64,000 nt of DNA from Gemmatimonadaceae bacterium (GCA_037134115.1 JBAXMW010000007.1:22485-86484), one strand, 5' to 3'. Counted from the first letter of the stretch, positions 18,254-28,276 are shown. Made by a program: numbers and translations. The notes: generated by a model from the sequence alone, not told the origin.

Positions 18254-19420
18254 CTACCGGCGCAGTGCGCCAGGCATCGGCCGGTCCGACGGCCGACCCG
18301 CCCCGCCCATCAACGCACTGCTCAGCGCATCGCCTGAGGGGAGCCCCGCCATCCGCTGAAATTCAGCGGGATCGTTGGTCGCCCGCAGGCACTCATCAGC
18401 CGATACGGTGCCCGACAGATGCAGCTCCGTGAGCGCATCGTTCAGCGTTTGCATGCCGAACTTTTTCCCTGCCTGCATCGCCGAATAGATCTGATGTGTC
18501 TTATCGTCACGGATCAGCGCCCGGATGGCCGGGGTCACCACGAGCACCTCTGCCGCCATTGCGCGCCCCCGGCCGGACCGCTTTGGCAGGAGGATCTGTG
18601 TGACGATTCCTTCGAGAACAAAAGCGAGCTGCGCCCGAATCTGCCCCTGCTGCTGACTGGGGAAGACATCAATGATCCGGTTGATCGCCTCCGCCGCGCT
18701 CTTGGTGTGCAAAGTCGCGAGCACGAGATGGCCGGTCTCCGCGATCGTGAGCGCGGCTTGGACTGTCTCGAGGTCACGCATTTCCCCTACGAGAATGACA
18801 TCCGGATCTTCCCGCAGCGCATACTTGAGCGCCGTGGCGAAGCTGCGCGTATCGGTGCCCACTTCGCGCTGATTCACCAGGCAGTTCCGGTGCGTGTGCA
18901 CAAACTCGATCGGATCTTCAATCGTCAGAATGTGCGCCCGACGCTCCACGTTGATCTTGTCGATCATTGCGGCCAGCGTGGTGCTCTTCCCGGAGCCGGT
19001 TGGCCCTGTCACCAGCACGAGCCCCCGCGGCCGTTCGGCGAAGGTCGCCACGACTGGTGGGAGCTGGAGCTGCTCAAAGGTTTTGACGACCAAGGGAATC
19101 TGCCGGATCGCGAGGCTGACACTGCCCCGTTGCCGGAAGACATTCCCGCGGAAGCGCGAGAGCGCAGGGACCCCAAAGGAGAAATCGAGCTCGTCATCCG
19201 CCTCGAAGCGTGCCTGCTGGGTCTCGGTGAGGACCGAATAGGCGAGCCGCTGCGTCTGTTCCGCGGTGAGGATGACATCCGTCAGAGACGCCACCATGCC
19301 GCCGTCGATCCGAAGACGCGGACGATCTCCGACCGAGAGATGGAGATCTGACGCCTCCCGGGCGATCATCTCCGCCAGAAGCGTCTCCAGCGTGAGCCCA
19401 TCCGTCGTAAGGAGGCTCAT
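18254..19420 (-). CDS. pilT: Type IV pilus retraction ATPase PilT
   Basis: Walker A 'GPTGSGKSTT', 'TIEDPIE', 'ALREDPDVILVGEMRD', 'TGHLVLATLHT', 'GMQTLN'. Confidence 0.95.
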   Translation of the reverse strand: MSLLTTDGLTLETLLAEMIAREASDLHLSVGDRPRLRIDGGMVASLTDVILTAEQTQRLAYSVLTETQQARFEADDELDFSFGVPALSRFRGNVFRQRGSVSLAIRQIPLVVKTFEQLQLPPVVATFAERPRGLVLVTGPTGSGKSTTLAAMIDKINVERRAHILTIEDPIEFVHTHRNCLVNQREVGTDTRSFATALKYALREDPDVILVGEMRDLETVQAALTIAETGHLVLATLHTKSAAEAINRIIDVFPSQQQGQIRAQLAFVLEGIVTQILLPKRSGRGRAMAAEVLVVTPAIRALIRDDKTHQIYSAMQAGKKFGMQTLNDALTELHLSGTVSADECLRATNDPAEFQRMAGLPSGDALSSALMGGAGRPSDRPMPGALRR

Positions 19421-21258
19421 CAGGTGGAGGTCTCGCGGATCACCTGATCAAGCGAGGTGAGCCCCTTCATGACCTTGAGCCAACCGTCCATGCGGAGGGT
19501 CAGCATCCCGGCCTGGATCGCGGCTTCCCGGAGCGTCTGCACGTCAGCGTTCTTCATAATGAGCTTCTTGAGCTCCGCCGAGATGTTCATCGCCTCAAAG
19601 AGCCCCTGACGACCACGCAGCCCGGTGTTGTTACAGGCGCTGCAGCCGTGCCCCTTGAAGAACGGCAGCTCCCCAATGCGCGTATCGAGTGACAGGTTGG
19701 CGAGGAACGGCGCCGCATCGGGTTCCGCCTTAGCCTTGGCATCCGCCAAGGCGCTCTCGTTGAAGCGCAGTTCACGCAGCGTGGTATCGGGCGTGACCTT
19801 GGCGCCAGCGAGTTCCGCCTGATCCGGGGTATAGCGCACTCGGCACTTGCTGCAAATGCGACGAACCAAGCGCTGCGCCAGAATCATGTTGAGCGCCGAT
19901 GCGACATTGAACGGTTCCAGCCCCATGTCGAGCAAGCGCACGATCGTTTCCGGCGCGGAATTCGTGTGCAGGGTGCTGAGCACAAGATGGCCCGTGAGCG
20001 CCGCCTTGATGGCGATGCCGCCGGTCTCCAAGTCACGCATTTCGCCGACCATGATGACATTCGGGTCCTGTCGCAGGAAGGCCCGAAGCGCGGCCGCGAA
20101 GGTCATCCCGATTTCCGGGCGCACCTGCACCTGATTGATCCCGTAGAGATTGTACTCCACCGGATCTTCAGCGGTCATGATATTCAGGTCGCCGTTGTTG
20201 ATGCGGGCGAGCGCGGAATACAGCGTCGTCGTCTTGCCGGAACCCGTGGGGCCGGTGACGAGCACCATACCGTAGGGATTCCCGATCGCTTCGGTGAGTT
20301 CGCGTTCTGGCCGGGGCTCCAGCCCGAACTTCTCGAGATCGAAGTTCAGGTTGTTCCGGTCCAGAATACGCAGGACGATTTTCTCACCGAAGAGCGTCGG
20401 CAGTGAACTCACCCGGAAGTCGATTACCTTCTGCCCGACCTTGAGCTTCACGCGCCCGTCCTGCGGGACTCGGCGTTCGGCAATGTTGAGCGACGCCATG
20501 ATCTTGAAGCGCGAAATCAGCGCCGCCCGCATTTTGAACGGGGGCTTCATGACTTCAACCAGCGCCCCATCGAGGCGGTAGCGGACCCGGAGTTCCTGCT
20601 CGAAGCACTCGAAGTGGATATCCGACGCGCCCTTCTGGACGGCGTCCACCATGATGGCGTTGATCAGCTTGACGACGGGCGCTTCGTCGATCTGCATCCC
20701 GAGGGGGGACGGATCGAGCGTGTCCTCCTGGCTTTCCAGGATTTCGACGTCGTCGGCCGCCGTGATGTCATGCAGCACGGACTGCATGTGCACTTCGGTG
20801 GCTTCGTAGTGCTTCTCGATCGCCGCGCGCATGGAATACTCGCCCGCCAACACCGGGACGATATCATAGCGCGTGATGAACTTGAGATCGTCAACCACGC
20901 CGAGGTCGGTGGGATCGGCGATCGCGACCGTGAGCTTGCGTCCGTCGCGCTTGAGGGGCAGGACGATGTGCTTCGACGCTAATTCGGCGGGAACCAGCTT
21001 GAGCAGGCGGGTGTCGACCTCGAACTTGGCGAGATCCACTGCGTGCATTCCATGCTGCCGGGCCAGCATCCGGACCACCTCGGTCTCCGGAATGACCCCC
21101 ATGCGGACGAGGGTCAGCCCGAGCCGTTGGCCCGGATTGACCTTCTGCTCCTGAAGCGCTTTCCCCAATTGCTCACGCGTAATCAGCCCGTCTCGGACCA
21201 GCAGGTCGCCGAGCCGTTCATTCGTACGAATGGGAAAGGGCACCACGGGTGCTGCCAT
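19420..21258 (-). CDS. pilB: Type IV pilus assembly ATPase PilB
   Basis: N-terminal MshEN-like 'RLGDLLVRDGLIT..QL.KAL.EQ', 'ASDIHFE', 'GPTGSGKTTT', 'RQDPNVIMVGEMRD', Zn motif 'RRICSKC...GCSAC'. Confidence 0.95.
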   Translation of the reverse strand: MAAPVVPFPIRTNERLGDLLVRDGLITREQLGKALQEQKVNPGQRLGLTLVRMGVIPETEVVRMLARQHGMHAVDLAKFEVDTRLLKLVPAELASKHIVLPLKRDGRKLTVAIADPTDLGVVDDLKFITRYDIVPVLAGEYSMRAAIEKHYEATEVHMQSVLHDITAADDVEILESQEDTLDPSPLGMQIDEAPVVKLINAIMVDAVQKGASDIHFECFEQELRVRYRLDGALVEVMKPPFKMRAALISRFKIMASLNIAERRVPQDGRVKLKVGQKVIDFRVSSLPTLFGEKIVLRILDRNNLNFDLEKFGLEPRPERELTEAIGNPYGMVLVTGPTGSGKTTTLYSALARINNGDLNIMTAEDPVEYNLYGINQVQVRPEIGMTFAAALRAFLRQDPNVIMVGEMRDLETGGIAIKAALTGHLVLSTLHTNSAPETIVRLLDMGLEPFNVASALNMILAQRLVRRICSKCRVRYTPDQAELAGAKVTPDTTLRELRFNESALADAKAKAEPDAAPFLANLSLDTRIGELPFFKGHGCSACNNTGLRGRQGLFEAMNISAELKKLIMKNADVQTLREAAIQAGMLTLRMDGWLKVMKGLTSLDQVIRETST

Positions 21259-21341
21259 GCGGAATGCAGAGCCTGAGAAACGGGGGATGGCGCGGGCACC
21301 CCGGTACCGGGCCCCTCGCAACAAGAAAGACTGTGCCCGCT

Positions 21342-21812
21342 TCAAAACGTCACCGATGGGGCCAGTTTGGCGGCCGTGGCCTTCCCGATGCCGGGGACAC
21401 CGAGGAGGTCATCCAGACTGCGGAAGGGACCGTGGCGTTCGCGGTAGGCCACGAGGCGCTGTGCCAAGGCGGGGCCGATCCCTGGGAGGCGCTCCAGTTC
21501 CTGGGCGGTCGCCCGATTGACCGGTACCGGTCCCTGGGGTCGGGTTGGTGTGCGAGCCGCGCGGGCGGTATCCGGTGCCGTCCGTGGCGCTTTCGTGTTT
21601 TTGCCCCGCCGCCGAGTGGTGGCCCGTGCCGAATCCACGGCGGCGAGCTGGGCGGCGACGGCGCGATCCGCGAGGGGGCGCAGGGGGGCTTCGGGGAACG
21701 CGTCGGCGACCACTCGATCGAGCGTCCGGCTCTGCTGGAAGCGCACGCCGGCGCCGGTGACCGCGAGGGCGGCGAGAAAGAGGAGGGCGTGACGTTCGGC
21801 GGTGGTGGGCAT
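21342..21812 (-). CDS. comEA: ComEA-family helix-hairpin-helix DNA-binding protein
   Basis: N-terminal TM segment; 'VNRATAQELERLPGIGPALAQRLVAYRERHGPFRSLDDLLGVPGIG'. Confidence 0.9.
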   Translation of the reverse strand: MPTTAERHALLFLAALAVTGAGVRFQQSRTLDRVVADAFPEAPLRPLADRAVAAQLAAVDSARATTRRRGKNTKAPRTAPDTARAARTPTRPQGPVPVNRATAQELERLPGIGPALAQRLVAYRERHGPFRSLDDLLGVPGIGKATAAKLAPSVTF

Positions 21813-21889
21813 GCCAGAGGGTAGCACGCCCCCTGCGGTGGACCATCACCCTTTTCCCGCACCGCCCATCACGGGAACGCGCCCTGCTG

Positions 21890-21919
21890 CCGACCCATGC
21901 TCGTCGAGCAGGAGGTCGG
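21890..21919 (-). terminator. Imperfect GC hairpin downstream of sprA, no U-tract
   Basis: CCGACC-ca-TGCTCG-t-CGAGCA-gga-GGTCGG. Confidence 0.35.
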
Positions 21920-21920
21920 T

Positions 21921-21965
21921 CTACGGCGGTTCGGCCTACGGCAGCTCCGCCTATGGCAGCTCGCC
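21921..21965. repeat. 15-bp degenerate tandem repeat x3 containing the sprA stop codon
   Basis: The minus strand reads GELP*-AELP*-AEPP* in one frame. Confidence 0.85.
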
Positions 21966-24900
21966 GGCGAAAAAGCGCATCTGGAAGATCACGCTGAAGA
22001 CCGTCGTGGCAAGACGACGGTTCAGATTCCGGTCAAAATTCAGGATGTGGGAGCCGGTGAGGCTGAAGGTCAGCGTCTCCGACACATCGGTATCAGCGTT
22101 GACGTTGAACGCTTGGCGGCCGTTATCGGTCAGCACCGACACACTGGGCATCCCCACCGCCGCGGGCACCGGCACGCCATCACGGGCCGCCGTCACGGTC
22201 GCCAGGGTGGCTTCCGACTGATACGACAGGCGGGTGCGGAGGAGCCCGGTCCGCGTCTTCCACTGCGCCGGCAGCGGCAGCGACCGCACAACGTCCACCG
22301 AAAAGCGACGCGTGTCCCCGGCGGTGAGTGAGCCCGGTCGCACATCCTCGCGGTGGATGTGATCGATGGAGCCACCGGTCACGAGATTCCCGAAGCCCGC
22401 CCACGTAATCGCCCCAGAGAGCGGCTGGCTGCGCGCCCGCTGCGCGCTCCGGTCTGCGATCCCCTCCAACCCACTCGGCATGATCGTGTGCTGCTCCGTG
22501 AGCGCGTAGCGCCCGTTGATCGAGATGAGGCTGATGAGCGACTGCGCCCGACCGGTGGGACGCCATCCCCACCGAAGCGACAGATCCGGATAGGTGCGGC
22601 GATCGCCACTGATCAACGTTTGGGCGTCCGAGCCGAAGCGCCGCGTCCAGGTCTCGGTGGTGCCCCGCTCAAAGCGCGTTTGCAGCGTGAGTGACAAGGG
22701 CAGCGCGAGCGCACCGCTGGTGGTGACCGTCTGTACGCGGCCGGCGGCGGTCGCCCAACGACCGGACCGGGTTCCGCGGAAGGCCTCCACACCGCCCAAC
22801 CCAAACTGATAGCCAATGCCTGGATCAAGCACGGCGTTGTCGTAGCCGGAGGTGAGGTCCTGCTGCCAGTTCACATCGGCGGGAGCCAGCATCCCGGCCA
22901 GCGTGCGCACCCACGCGTGATCGGACGCCAGCGCCGTCAGCACGCGCCCGAGCTGCAGCTGCGCGCCGGTGGCCAGACTGTTGGTCGCGCCAGCCCGCTG
23001 CGGTAATCGGAAGGCTCCGAGACTGTCCGCGTCGCGCAGCAGCGTCCGCGCGTTGAGGTCCTTGCCGAGTCGGAAGGTGGACCGCCAATCGAACCGGGGT
23101 TGCAGCCATGCGGTCGTCACGGGCTGAAAGCGCAGGCCACTGCTCAGCAAACGATCCTGTTCCAGTCCCAACGAGGTGCCGAGGAGCTGCAGCCGATCGA
23201 GTGCCGCCGCGGCACGACGCGCCGTGCTGTCCACGCCATGCGTTACTGCGGCGACATCACGCAAATCGAGCACCTGTCGTGCATCGATCGTGCCAGTGAG
23301 TCCGGCCAGCGGTCGGAACTCGAGCCGCGCCGCATTGACCCACGCGTGCGTGAGCCCACGCACCGTTTGTCCGGAATCGCGGAGCGAGGCGACGAGCGTA
23401 CCATAGCTCGTATTGTCGATCGCCGAGCGGGAGACCGTGCTGCTGAGACGGAAGGCCGTTGGCCGGGCACGCACCCCCTCCGCGACGATGGCCCGCGCCA
23501 TCTCGCTCTCGCGCATCCATGTCGGCAACCGATCGAGCAACGCGCGCAACGCCCACGGCATGGTGCCGGCAGCCTCGGTGCGCAAGTCGAGTGATGAGCC
23601 GAGCAGATAGTTCGTCGCCGTACCGCGCTGGAACGCGCTCTGCGACTGCCCGCTCGACCAGGCTCCGGTGAGCGAGAGTCCATTCACCACGGGGGCATAC
23701 CACCCCGAGGTCAGTGGTGTGGCCCGACGCATCGCCAGTGCATAACTCAATCGACGATCATGCGGCGTCCGCACCCCAGGGACCCCACTGGCCCGGATGT
23801 CGGTGCGCGCGACAAAGAACGGGTCCACCGCTTGCCCCGTGTAGTCCACCGTCAACGGCATGACCACCCCGAGCCGCTCAGGCAAGAGCCGCTCCAGATG
23901 GACCGTTGTGCCCACCGTCACCCCACTCGTGGTCAGGAACCCCGGTGTTTCCCCGAGCTGGCGGAAGTTGGGATCGCGACGGCTGACCGCCATGCGCAGA
24001 TCGGCCAAATCACCCGCATTCACCGACAGACCGAGTTCACCGGCCATCCCCATGTCGGCAACCACGTCCGACAGGCGGATATCGTTGACCCACAGCTCCA
24101 GTGTGTCATTCGCCATGATGGCCGTGCCACCACGCGCGACACTGTCGACGCGCACAAGGCCCACCGCAAGTTCCTGCACGCCGGCCAGATTCGGCGGCGT
24201 GACCAACGGATCCGCGCTGTAGACGATATACCCGTCCCGACAGACGGCATATCGACGCCCGAGCTGCTGCCTCGGCAGTCCCGATCGACGGAGCAGCTCC
24301 AGATCGACGCCGGTGCACGCCAACGAATCGGGACTTGCGGTCAGCACATTCGTTTCGAGCTGTGCGCGCAACGCTTGGAAACGCGTGAGATCCACCCGGA
24401 CTTCCGGATCCCAGGCACTTTGCGTGGGCCCCGCATTCACGGGGGTCCGGTACATGTAGAAATTGTGTTCGTCGCGACCGATCTTGATGAAGCCATTCAG
24501 TTCCCCACTGGGGCCCCAACCGTTGCCACGACCGCGCATCCACATCCGGAGCGTGCGATAGCCCATGAACGACTTCGTCCCTTCCGGGAAGCGAAAGTAG
24601 GCTTCGGCGCGATCGAAGGGCCGGAAGACGCGGCCGGGAATGCCGGTCTGCAGGCGCAACGCCCGCTCGTTGACCTGCACGCGCACATTTTCGTAGCCCG
24701 TCTGCTTGTTCTCGGGCGATTCGACCACACCGGGCGGCGGCGTATACGGCAGCGCAGCCGTGGAGTCCATGGTGCCAATCAGACTGGCCACGACATACCC
24801 GCCCGTCACCGCGGCCGAATCGCCGGCCGCTCCACTGAGCGGCATCTCCGACCGCTTGACCCATGGGGCGCCCACGAGATTGAGGCGGGCGATGGCGGTT

Positions 24901-27900
24901 TGTACCAGATCCTCATCGGCCGCCTGTCCGTTTGAAACCATCGTGAGGCGGAGCGTGCGCATGCGCCGTTCGTTCGGGGCATTCAGCTGCTCGAGCGGTG
25001 TGCGCCAGTTGAGGCGCACCTGCACCCAGCAGACGGAATCCGAGACGACGGTGGTGCCACTGGAATCGGCCTGCCGGAAGCATCCTCCCACGCGCGTCCA
25101 ACTGCGACGATCGGACAGATCCACGGCATAGCGTCGGATCTGCTCCGACTCCGCGAGCGCCGACGGGACGTTGAGCTGTCCATCCTGGTCGAGATCTTCC
25201 TCGTCGAGGCGACTGTTCCGCACCGTGCAATTCGCGCGCGTATCTCCGAGCGATTGCACCGTGCCAATCGCCTGCGAACAGAGGGGGACCCCGGTCGCGG
25301 TACGCGTGACAGGGGCGCCTCCCGTGCGGTCAACGACCGTCAGCGAATCGAGCAGATCGCCCGGCAACCCCGTATCGTTGATCGCAGCATTGAAGGCCCG
25401 CGAGAAGGGATCGCGTTCGGAATCGAGACGGTCGTAGCCGACCAGTCGCTTGCCGCGCCACGTCGAATCCGGCGCAAGACCGGCACGCAGCGGCGGTGCC
25501 ACCGTCAGCGTTTCGGGAGCGAACGCCACACTGTTTTCGCTGATCTCCCCGACGTCAAAGACGAGGGTGGGATTCCGTCGGAGTTTGGCGGGCTCCACCT
25601 GCACGAGCGCGAAAAACTCCAGCGTTTCAATACGCGAGAGATCGGCACCGGTGGGATTGAGCACGGTCCGCAATGAGCGCCAGCGACGCCCCGTTGGCGT
25701 CGCCCCCATCGCCGACGTGCCGCCCACCGTCCACGCCGCGCGACGTGTGCCCGTCGCCGGATCGCGGCCCATGAGGCCACCCGCGCGCAGCGGATAGAGC
25801 GACAGCCAGAGGAGGGGTTCGGCGCCCTGCAGCCCAGACCCGGCCGTGCGTACCGCGGGGTCGATTTGGTCAATGCGATACTGCACGAACGCCCCATTCG
25901 CATCGAGGCCGTAGTTCTGGTAGGCGAGTGCCGTCGCACGATTCAGCGCGAACGTGCCACTGCCCACGAGGCCGGTGAGCGCGCCGCCGATGGCCGGTCG
26001 CGAGCTGACATACCAGGCCGCATCACCCAAGGCGACCCCGAGCCCCGCGTTCCCCTCGAAGCTCTCGAGATACGCTTGCCCCGCCGCATTTGGCTGCGGG
26101 CGACTCACCGCGAACTCGCCCTGGAGCGACAACCGCGACGGCCGGGCGCTGGGCGTGACCGTCAGCTGGGAGGTGAGCCGATTGAGCAGCGGAGCGTCCC
26201 AAGCGAGCGCACCAGTCATCCCTGCTACGATCGACCCCGCCGATTCGAAGCCGAGCATGGGGCGGTTGTACCCTGAGCGCTGCGTCTGCGAGATGGCGGT
26301 GAAGGTCAACTCGCCATGCGGAATGGGCAGCGCCGACGTGATCCCCAGCATCGTGGTGGGAATCGTGGCAAAGAGCGGATTCTCTTCGTAGCGCACCGTC
26401 ACCGGGCGCGGGCGCGGGAAGAGCGTGTCGCCGCGCACAAAGGTGATCGTGCCAAGTTCGTACTCAATTCGGTAATCACGATCGCGCAGCAGCGGCTGTC
26501 CCTCGAGGGTGAGCCGCTCAGAATTCGGCCGGATCTGCTGACTCATCAACTGGATGGTGTACGGCGCATCGCCACCCGACGACTGATACTGCAGCATCAG
26601 CCGAAAGACCGCCTGCGGGCGCTGCGTGGAGTAGAGGTATTCGTTCGGAAACCGATAGAGGGTGTCGTTGGCGGGATTTCCCGCCGGCTGCGCGAGCCCG
26701 GCCCGCGCAAACGGCTGCACGGACGGGAAGAAGAGAAAGGCATCGCGCAGCAGGGGATCGCGACCGCCACTCAACGCGCTCACATTCGCATCAGAGCGCC
26801 GGGGCCAGACGCGATTTTCAATATCCAGCGCGCTCGGATTGGTGGCCTGTGCGAGGCCGAACAGCTGCAGATAGGTCCCCCCGCGCGAGGGGTCGACGGG
26901 CTTCTCCTGATCGCCCCCCAGGCCGGTCACCACGCGGAGCGCGAGCGATTCGCGCTGCAGATCATCGCCGCCAAGCCGATAGACAGATTTGATTTCGCGG
27001 AGAAAGTACGCGGGGGAGGACGGTTGCAGCTCGGGCTCCCAGAGCAGATTCGCGACTTGGGGCGCGTCGGTGGCCTCGATGTCGGGGGTGCCCCCCGTGG
27101 CGAGATACCGCTGCGGCGTCCCGTTGACCGTCACTTCGTAGGCGATGGCAAGCCGCTCGCCATTGGCCTGTAATGGCCGCACCAGCGCGAGCCAGAGCCC
27201 CGAGGGATCGAGGACATAGTCGATGTTCTCGCGGAGCACTTCGTAGACTTGCGGCGCGGGATTCCGGGCGCCACGCACGGCAAGACGCGGCCCCCGGGGA
27301 TTCGGGTTCGCCGCGCCCACCAGCTGCCGATAGAGCACGATGCGGGTTGGGCGAATCGTATCCGGCAGGGCGGCGGCAGCCTGCAGGAGCTGGCTGCGGT
27401 TCAGCAGGTCGATATTTGGGAAACCGGGGAGGAGGCGCGGGTCGATCGTGAAGAAGAAGCGTCGCGTCTCGATCTGGATGTCCTCAATGGCCCGTTCGGT
27501 GGCCTGCTGCGTCCGATCGCCGACCACGAAGACGTTATCGCGGGAGACATTCCCCTTCTGTTGCGCGAGCATGGAAGTGACGCGCAGGGCGCCAAACTGT
27601 CCGGTGGCCTGGATCCCGTAGTTCCCGGCCGGGATCCCCGCCGTGAGAAACCGGGAGACCGGGGCCGGAAAGTTCACATTGCCGACTTCGAGCTTTTGCA
27701 GGACCTCTCCAGCCTTCCCTTGGTAGAAGACCGAGATCGCATTGGAGGCGTCGAACTCGCGCTGCGAGTCGTAGTCCACGTTCAGATGCAGCCGCTCAGC
27801 CACCACCCCCGCCGTCCGGAGCGAAAACTGAAAGTCAAAGGCGGGTTGGAAGGCCCCGGCGCAGCTGTTGCTGAGCAGGGTCAACTGGGCTGCGGTGCAC

Positions 27901-28172
27901 CGGAGGTTCCGGGTGCGGGCCAGCTTCGACTCCAGACGGGCATTGAGCGCCATCCCAAGTCCGGCCAGCGGATTGTCCGTGGGGGTCCCGGTGCCCAGCA
28001 ACCGGGCACTGTCCGCCGGTGGCACCCGTTTGGGGGTAAGGACAGGGCCAGCCGGTGGCGTACTCCCCTGTGCCGCGGCCTGACGCGGGGTCAGAAGGGT
28101 CAGCCAGAGCAGCGCCGCGCACGCAGCGGCGGGGAGCAGGCGGAGTCCACACCTGCCGGGGAAAACGCTCAT
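21951..28172 (-). CDS. sprA: SprA/Sov-like giant outer-membrane beta-barrel (T9SS translocon homologue), 2073 aa
   Basis: Signal peptide; SprA N-terminal signature 'NVDYDSQREFDASNAISVFYQG...LQKLEVGNVNF...GNYGIQATGQFG...AQQKG'; 'NSERL...L.RD.DY.I.YELGTI', 'YLESFEG', 'LWVNDIRL'; beta-strand-rich C-terminal half. Confidence 0.8.
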   Translation of the reverse strand: MSVFPGRCGLRLLPAAACAALLWLTLLTPRQAAAQGSTPPAGPVLTPKRVPPADSARLLGTGTPTDNPLAGLGMALNARLESKLARTRNLRCTAAQLTLLSNSCAGAFQPAFDFQFSLRTAGVVAERLHLNVDYDSQREFDASNAISVFYQGKAGEVLQKLEVGNVNFPAPVSRFLTAGIPAGNYGIQATGQFGALRVTSMLAQQKGNVSRDNVFVVGDRTQQATERAIEDIQIETRRFFFTIDPRLLPGFPNIDLLNRSQLLQAAAALPDTIRPTRIVLYRQLVGAANPNPRGPRLAVRGARNPAPQVYEVLRENIDYVLDPSGLWLALVRPLQANGERLAIAYEVTVNGTPQRYLATGGTPDIEATDAPQVANLLWEPELQPSSPAYFLREIKSVYRLGGDDLQRESLALRVVTGLGGDQEKPVDPSRGGTYLQLFGLAQATNPSALDIENRVWPRRSDANVSALSGGRDPLLRDAFLFFPSVQPFARAGLAQPAGNPANDTLYRFPNEYLYSTQRPQAVFRLMLQYQSSGGDAPYTIQLMSQQIRPNSERLTLEGQPLLRDRDYRIEYELGTITFVRGDTLFPRPRPVTVRYEENPLFATIPTTMLGITSALPIPHGELTFTAISQTQRSGYNRPMLGFESAGSIVAGMTGALAWDAPLLNRLTSQLTVTPSARPSRLSLQGEFAVSRPQPNAAGQAYLESFEGNAGLGVALGDAAWYVSSRPAIGGALTGLVGSGTFALNRATALAYQNYGLDANGAFVQYRIDQIDPAVRTAGSGLQGAEPLLWLSLYPLRAGGLMGRDPATGTRRAAWTVGGTSAMGATPTGRRWRSLRTVLNPTGADLSRIETLEFFALVQVEPAKLRRNPTLVFDVGEISENSVAFAPETLTVAPPLRAGLAPDSTWRGKRLVGYDRLDSERDPFSRAFNAAINDTGLPGDLLDSLTVVDRTGGAPVTRTATGVPLCSQAIGTVQSLGDTRANCTVRNSRLDEEDLDQDGQLNVPSALAESEQIRRYAVDLSDRRSWTRVGGCFRQADSSGTTVVSDSVCWVQVRLNWRTPLEQLNAPNERRMRTLRLTMVSNGQAADEDLVQTAIARLNLVGAPWVKRSEMPLSGAAGDSAAVTGGYVVASLIGTMDSTAALPYTPPPGVVESPENKQTGYENVRVQVNERALRLQTGIPGRVFRPFDRAEAYFRFPEGTKSFMGYRTLRMWMRGRGNGWGPSGELNGFIKIGRDEHNFYMYRTPVNAGPTQSAWDPEVRVDLTRFQALRAQLETNVLTASPDSLACTGVDLELLRRSGLPRQQLGRRYAVCRDGYIVYSADPLVTPPNLAGVQELAVGLVRVDSVARGGTAIMANDTLELWVNDIRLSDVVADMGMAGELGLSVNAGDLADLRMAVSRRDPNFRQLGETPGFLTTSGVTVGTTVHLERLLPERLGVVMPLTVDYTGQAVDPFFVARTDIRASGVPGVRTPHDRRLSYALAMRRATPLTSGWYAPVVNGLSLTGAWSSGQSQSAFQRGTATNYLLGSSLDLRTEAAGTMPWALRALLDRLPTWMRESEMARAIVAEGVRARPTAFRLSSTVSRSAIDNTSYGTLVASLRDSGQTVRGLTHAWVNAARLEFRPLAGLTGTIDARQVLDLRDVAAVTHGVDSTARRAAAALDRLQLLGTSLGLEQDRLLSSGLRFQPVTTAWLQPRFDWRSTFRLGKDLNARTLLRDADSLGAFRLPQRAGATNSLATGAQLQLGRVLTALASDHAWVRTLAGMLAPADVNWQQDLTSGYDNAVLDPGIGYQFGLGGVEAFRGTRSGRWATAAGRVQTVTTSGALALPLSLTLQTRFERGTTETWTRRFGSDAQTLISGDRRTYPDLSLRWGWRPTGRAQSLISLISINGRYALTEQHTIMPSGLEGIADRSAQRARSQPLSGAITWAGFGNLVTGGSIDHIHREDVRPGSLTAGDTRRFSVDVVRSLPLPAQWKTRTGLLRTRLSYQSEATLATVTAARDGVPVPAAVGMPSVSVLTDNGRQAFNVNADTDVSETLTFSLTGSHILNFDRNLNRRLATTVFSVIFQMRFFAGELP

Positions 28173-28276
28173 GCGGAGCCGCGGTCCTGCCCGATCACAG
28201 CCAGATCACTCACCGATCATCAATTGTTTACCCTGATGCCCTTGAAAATGCGGCGCGTGACGGCGGAATTTACGTC

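Noticed and set aside
21342-21812. HhH protein as RuvA (recalled as a neighbour of sprA in some Bacteroidota)
   Set aside because: It has an N-terminal TM segment and only the ComEA-type C-terminal HhH pair, with no RuvA OB-fold.
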